This document shows, piece after piece, positions 44,014-46,069 of a stretch of 46,069 bases of DNA (the stretch's first letter is position 1; each line of letters opens with the position of its first letter). The notes beneath the pieces are model-generated. The model had not been told where the DNA came from. It searched no databases and worked only from the letters and a program-made list of their open reading frames with translations. The stretch covers positions 1 to 46,069 of the forward strand of contig CAZHDT010000002.1 of the NCBI GenBank assembly GCA_964531505.1, read 5' to 3'. Made by a program: the position numbers and the translations under genes. This DNA comes from an uncultured Gammaproteobacteria bacterium (GTDB lineage Bacteria; Patescibacteriota; Patescibacteriia; UBA2591; UBA6264).

Positions 44014-44739
44014 ATGGAGTTTCAGAAAACGTATAAACACATCAATCCTTATTTATATTTTGAAATATTTAAAAATCCGCAGTGGTATCTTAAATTAGAG
44101 CATGAATTAAGCGAGTTTTTTTATAATTACAACGGTAATAAAGAAGAAAAATCGGAACAATGGTTTGAAAAAAGAAAAGAATTTATTGAAATGGTTGCCG
44201 AACTTTTAAAAAATAATGAAATTGTTTTGGCAAAATCGGGAAAGAATTGGGACGAAGAACGCTTGCCCGTTGATACAATCGTAATTCACCACACCAGCTC
44301 TCCCCCTGACAAAACTATTGATTTTATCAATGCTCTCGGATTCATCCGTCTTTATTCTTCAGTTTATGGTAATGGAAAATCAGACCAATACGGCAAACCG
44401 ATATGGTCAAATCATTTTTATCAAGAAAAACAAATTTTTATAGCTTATCATTATTTAATAAAACCAGACGGGTCATTTGAAAATATTTTACAGAACAGTC
44501 AAATCGGCTGGCATTGCGGAGATTGGGAATATAATCGCCGAAGTATTGCTATTTGTTTTTTTGATGATTTAAAAGAAAAAGGTCCGACGGAAAATGCCCT
44601 TCAAACAGCGAGAGAAATCATTAAAAAATATCCTAATTGTCATATTTTAGGCCATCGAGAAATTAAGGATTCCACTTTTTGTCCGGGCAATTTGTTTTTA
44701 GGGGATACGGGATGGAAAAATAAATTATTAATTGTTTAA
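44014..44739 (+). CDS. N-acetylmuramoyl-L-alanine amidase (Amidase_2 / PGRP fold) with an N-terminal extension of about 85 aa and no signal peptide
   Basis: IVIHHTSSPPD, IAYHYLIKPDG, GWHCG, NRRSIAICF, GHREI...CPG are the zinc and substrate motifs of the Amidase_2 family. ATG 44014 is preferred over the TTG at 44002. Confidence 0.8.
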   Translation: MEFQKTYKHINPYLYFEIFKNPQWYLKLEHELSEFFYNYNGNKEEKSEQWFEKRKEFIEMVAELLKNNEIVLAKSGKNWDEERLPVDTIVIHHTSSPPDKTIDFINALGFIRLYSSVYGNGKSDQYGKPIWSNHFYQEKQIFIAYHYLIKPDGSFENILQNSQIGWHCGDWEYNRRSIAICFFDDLKEKGPTENALQTAREIIKKYPNCHILGHREIKDSTFCPGNLFLGDTGWKNKLLIV

Positions 44740-44773
44740 ATTGTTTAAGTTTAAAATAAAAAATTATTTTTTT

Positions 44774-44810
44774 AAAAAAAATCCCATTAATTGGGACTTT
44801 TTATTTTTAT
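44774..44810. terminator. Short bidirectional hairpin between the amidase gene and tsaD
   Basis: A-run, then TCCCA-TTAAT-TGGGA, then a T-run. Confidence 0.45.
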
Positions 44811-44819
44811 CATAAACAA

Positions 44820-45899
44820 TTAAATACTCAAATTGGGCTCAGCTTTTATTTTTTTCCAATTTTCCTTCAATTTTTTCCTTTGGTTTAAATTTAAATTTTG
44901 ATATTTTAGACACCCAGTAATAGCAACCATAACAGCATTATCAGTACAAAGAATTTTATTTGGGACAAAAAATTTTATTTGAGGTATTTGATGAGTCGCT
45001 AGTTCCAATTGTTCTCTTAATGATTGATTAGCCGCTACGCCACCGCTCAATAAGATTGATTTAACCTTATATTGTTTTGCCGCCTTTAATGTTTTTTTTA
45101 TTAAAACATCAATAATTGCTTGTTGAGATTCAGCGCAAATATTTTGAACAAAAAAACGATTTTTTAACATTTTTTTGTTTTTTTTTGCCAAATAAAGGAC
45201 AGCTGTTTTTAAACCAGAAAAACTAAAATCAAAATCACGGGAATTAGCCATAGGTCTCGGCAAGTGAATTTTGAAATCAAAATCTGCATTTCGTGATTTC
45301 CATTGTTGAGCGCACTCGGCAATAATTGGTCCGCCTGGATAACCCAGATTAAGCAATTTGGCAATTTTATCAAAACATTCTCCGGCTGCGTCGTCTCTTG
45401 TTTGTCCAATTTTTTGATAATGTCCTTGTTTTTTAATTAAACCAAGCTCGGTATGGCCACCAGAAACAATTAAACTTATAGTTGGAAATGGGATTTTATC
45501 AGTTTCTAGAAAATTTGCGTTTAAATGGCCTTGTAAATGATTAATAGCGATTAAGGGTTTTTTCCAAAGGTACGATAAGGTTTTTGCCGTTTCCACTCCC
45601 ACCAATAAAGAAGTTACTAAACCCGGACCATAGGTGGCGGCAATCAAATCAATTTTTTTTTCAGGATGCAATAAATTTTTATTTTTAATGCCTTTCAATG
45701 CGGTTTTTATTACGGGTACGATATTTTTAATATGAGCGCGCGCCGCCAATTCAGGAATGATTCCGCCATATTTTCGGTGAATGGAAATTTGTGAGGAAAT
45801 TACATTGGAAAGTATTTCAAAATGGCGATTTAAATAATTGTATTCTAAAATCGCTGCCGCAGTTTCATCGCATGATGTTTCAATACCTAAAATAATCAT
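44820..45899 (-). CDS. tsaD: tRNA N6-adenosine threonylcarbamoyltransferase TsaD
   Basis: ILGIETSCDETAAAI, HLQGHL, VSGGHTEL, LSGGVAAN. Confidence 0.95.
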   Translation of the reverse strand: MIILGIETSCDETAAAILEYNYLNRHFEILSNVISSQISIHRKYGGIIPELAARAHIKNIVPVIKTALKGIKNKNLLHPEKKIDLIAATYGPGLVTSLLVGVETAKTLSYLWKKPLIAINHLQGHLNANFLETDKIPFPTISLIVSGGHTELGLIKKQGHYQKIGQTRDDAAGECFDKIAKLLNLGYPGGPIIAECAQQWKSRNADFDFKIHLPRPMANSRDFDFSFSGLKTAVLYLAKKNKKMLKNRFFVQNICAESQQAIIDVLIKKTLKAAKQYKVKSILLSGGVAANQSLREQLELATHQIPQIKFFVPNKILCTDNAVMVAITGCLKYQNLNLNQRKKLKENWKKIKAEPNLSI

Positions 45900-45926
45900 A
45901 GGGATATTTTAACAGAATAAAAATCT

Positions 45927-45954
45927 TTGACAAATTTATTATTTTTGTTATCAT
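45927..45954 (+). promoter_or_regulatory. Candidate promoter for the downstream tRNA
   Basis: TTGACA (45927-45932), a 16-nt spacer, then TATCAT (45949-45954). Confidence 0.5.
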
Positions 45955-46038
45955 TTCTAAAAAGATAATAAGAATAATCTTTATTAGAGAAAGGAATTGC
46001 TTAATAAAATAGGATTTAATTTAAAATAAGATTTATAT

Positions 46039-46069
46039 GGCCCCGTCGTCTAGTGGTTAGGACACCAGG
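46039..46069 (+). tRNA. 5' part of a tRNA truncated by the window end (Glu-like D-arm)
   Basis: GGCCCCG-TC-GTCT-AGTGGTTA-GGAC-A-CCAGG matches the GUCU...GGAC D-arm typical of tRNA-Glu. The anticodon is not in the window. Confidence 0.6.

Overview
This is an AT-rich (roughly 30% GC by eye), very gene-dense bacterial chromosomal window. It uses the standard code: TGA serves as a stop, for example at the ATGA junction at 1084-1087. Gene content and architecture suggest a small-genome Patescibacteria/CPR-like organism; that is inference, not a search result. Core content: 6 complete tRNAs plus one truncated at the window end, tmRNA and smpB, the infC-rpmI-rplT and rpsL-rpsG-fusA operons, rpmB, rpmF-nusB-rnc-smc, dnaA, recO, tgt, glyQS, proS, valS, frr, rseP, holB, tsaE and tsaD. 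It also holds two mreB paralogues, two GT4 glycosyltransferases and a clostridial-type [FeFe]-hydrogenase. No CRISPR array, transposase, integrase or reverse transcriptase was seen. The parts that look accessory or unexplained are as follows. (1) An ATP-cone / PD-(D/E)xK nuclease fusion sits between dnaA and a lone pilB-type ATPase, tightly coupled to both; this is my best candidate for an undescribed system. (2) A translationally coupled histidine-phosphatase / P-loop-kinase pair lies between two tRNA-Ser genes. (3) An XRE-ImmA module with a palindromic operator lies between tRNA-Arg and tRNA-Asp. (4) The 730-aa SMC has no recognisable hinge. (5) A 379-bp non-coding leader with promoter, duplicated 12-mer and terminator precedes an amidohydrolase-MazG-asnA-amidase cluster. 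(6) The rplT stop codon lies inside tRNA-Asp. All calls come from reading the sequence and the supplied translations. No HMM, BLAST, tRNAscan or folding computation was run.
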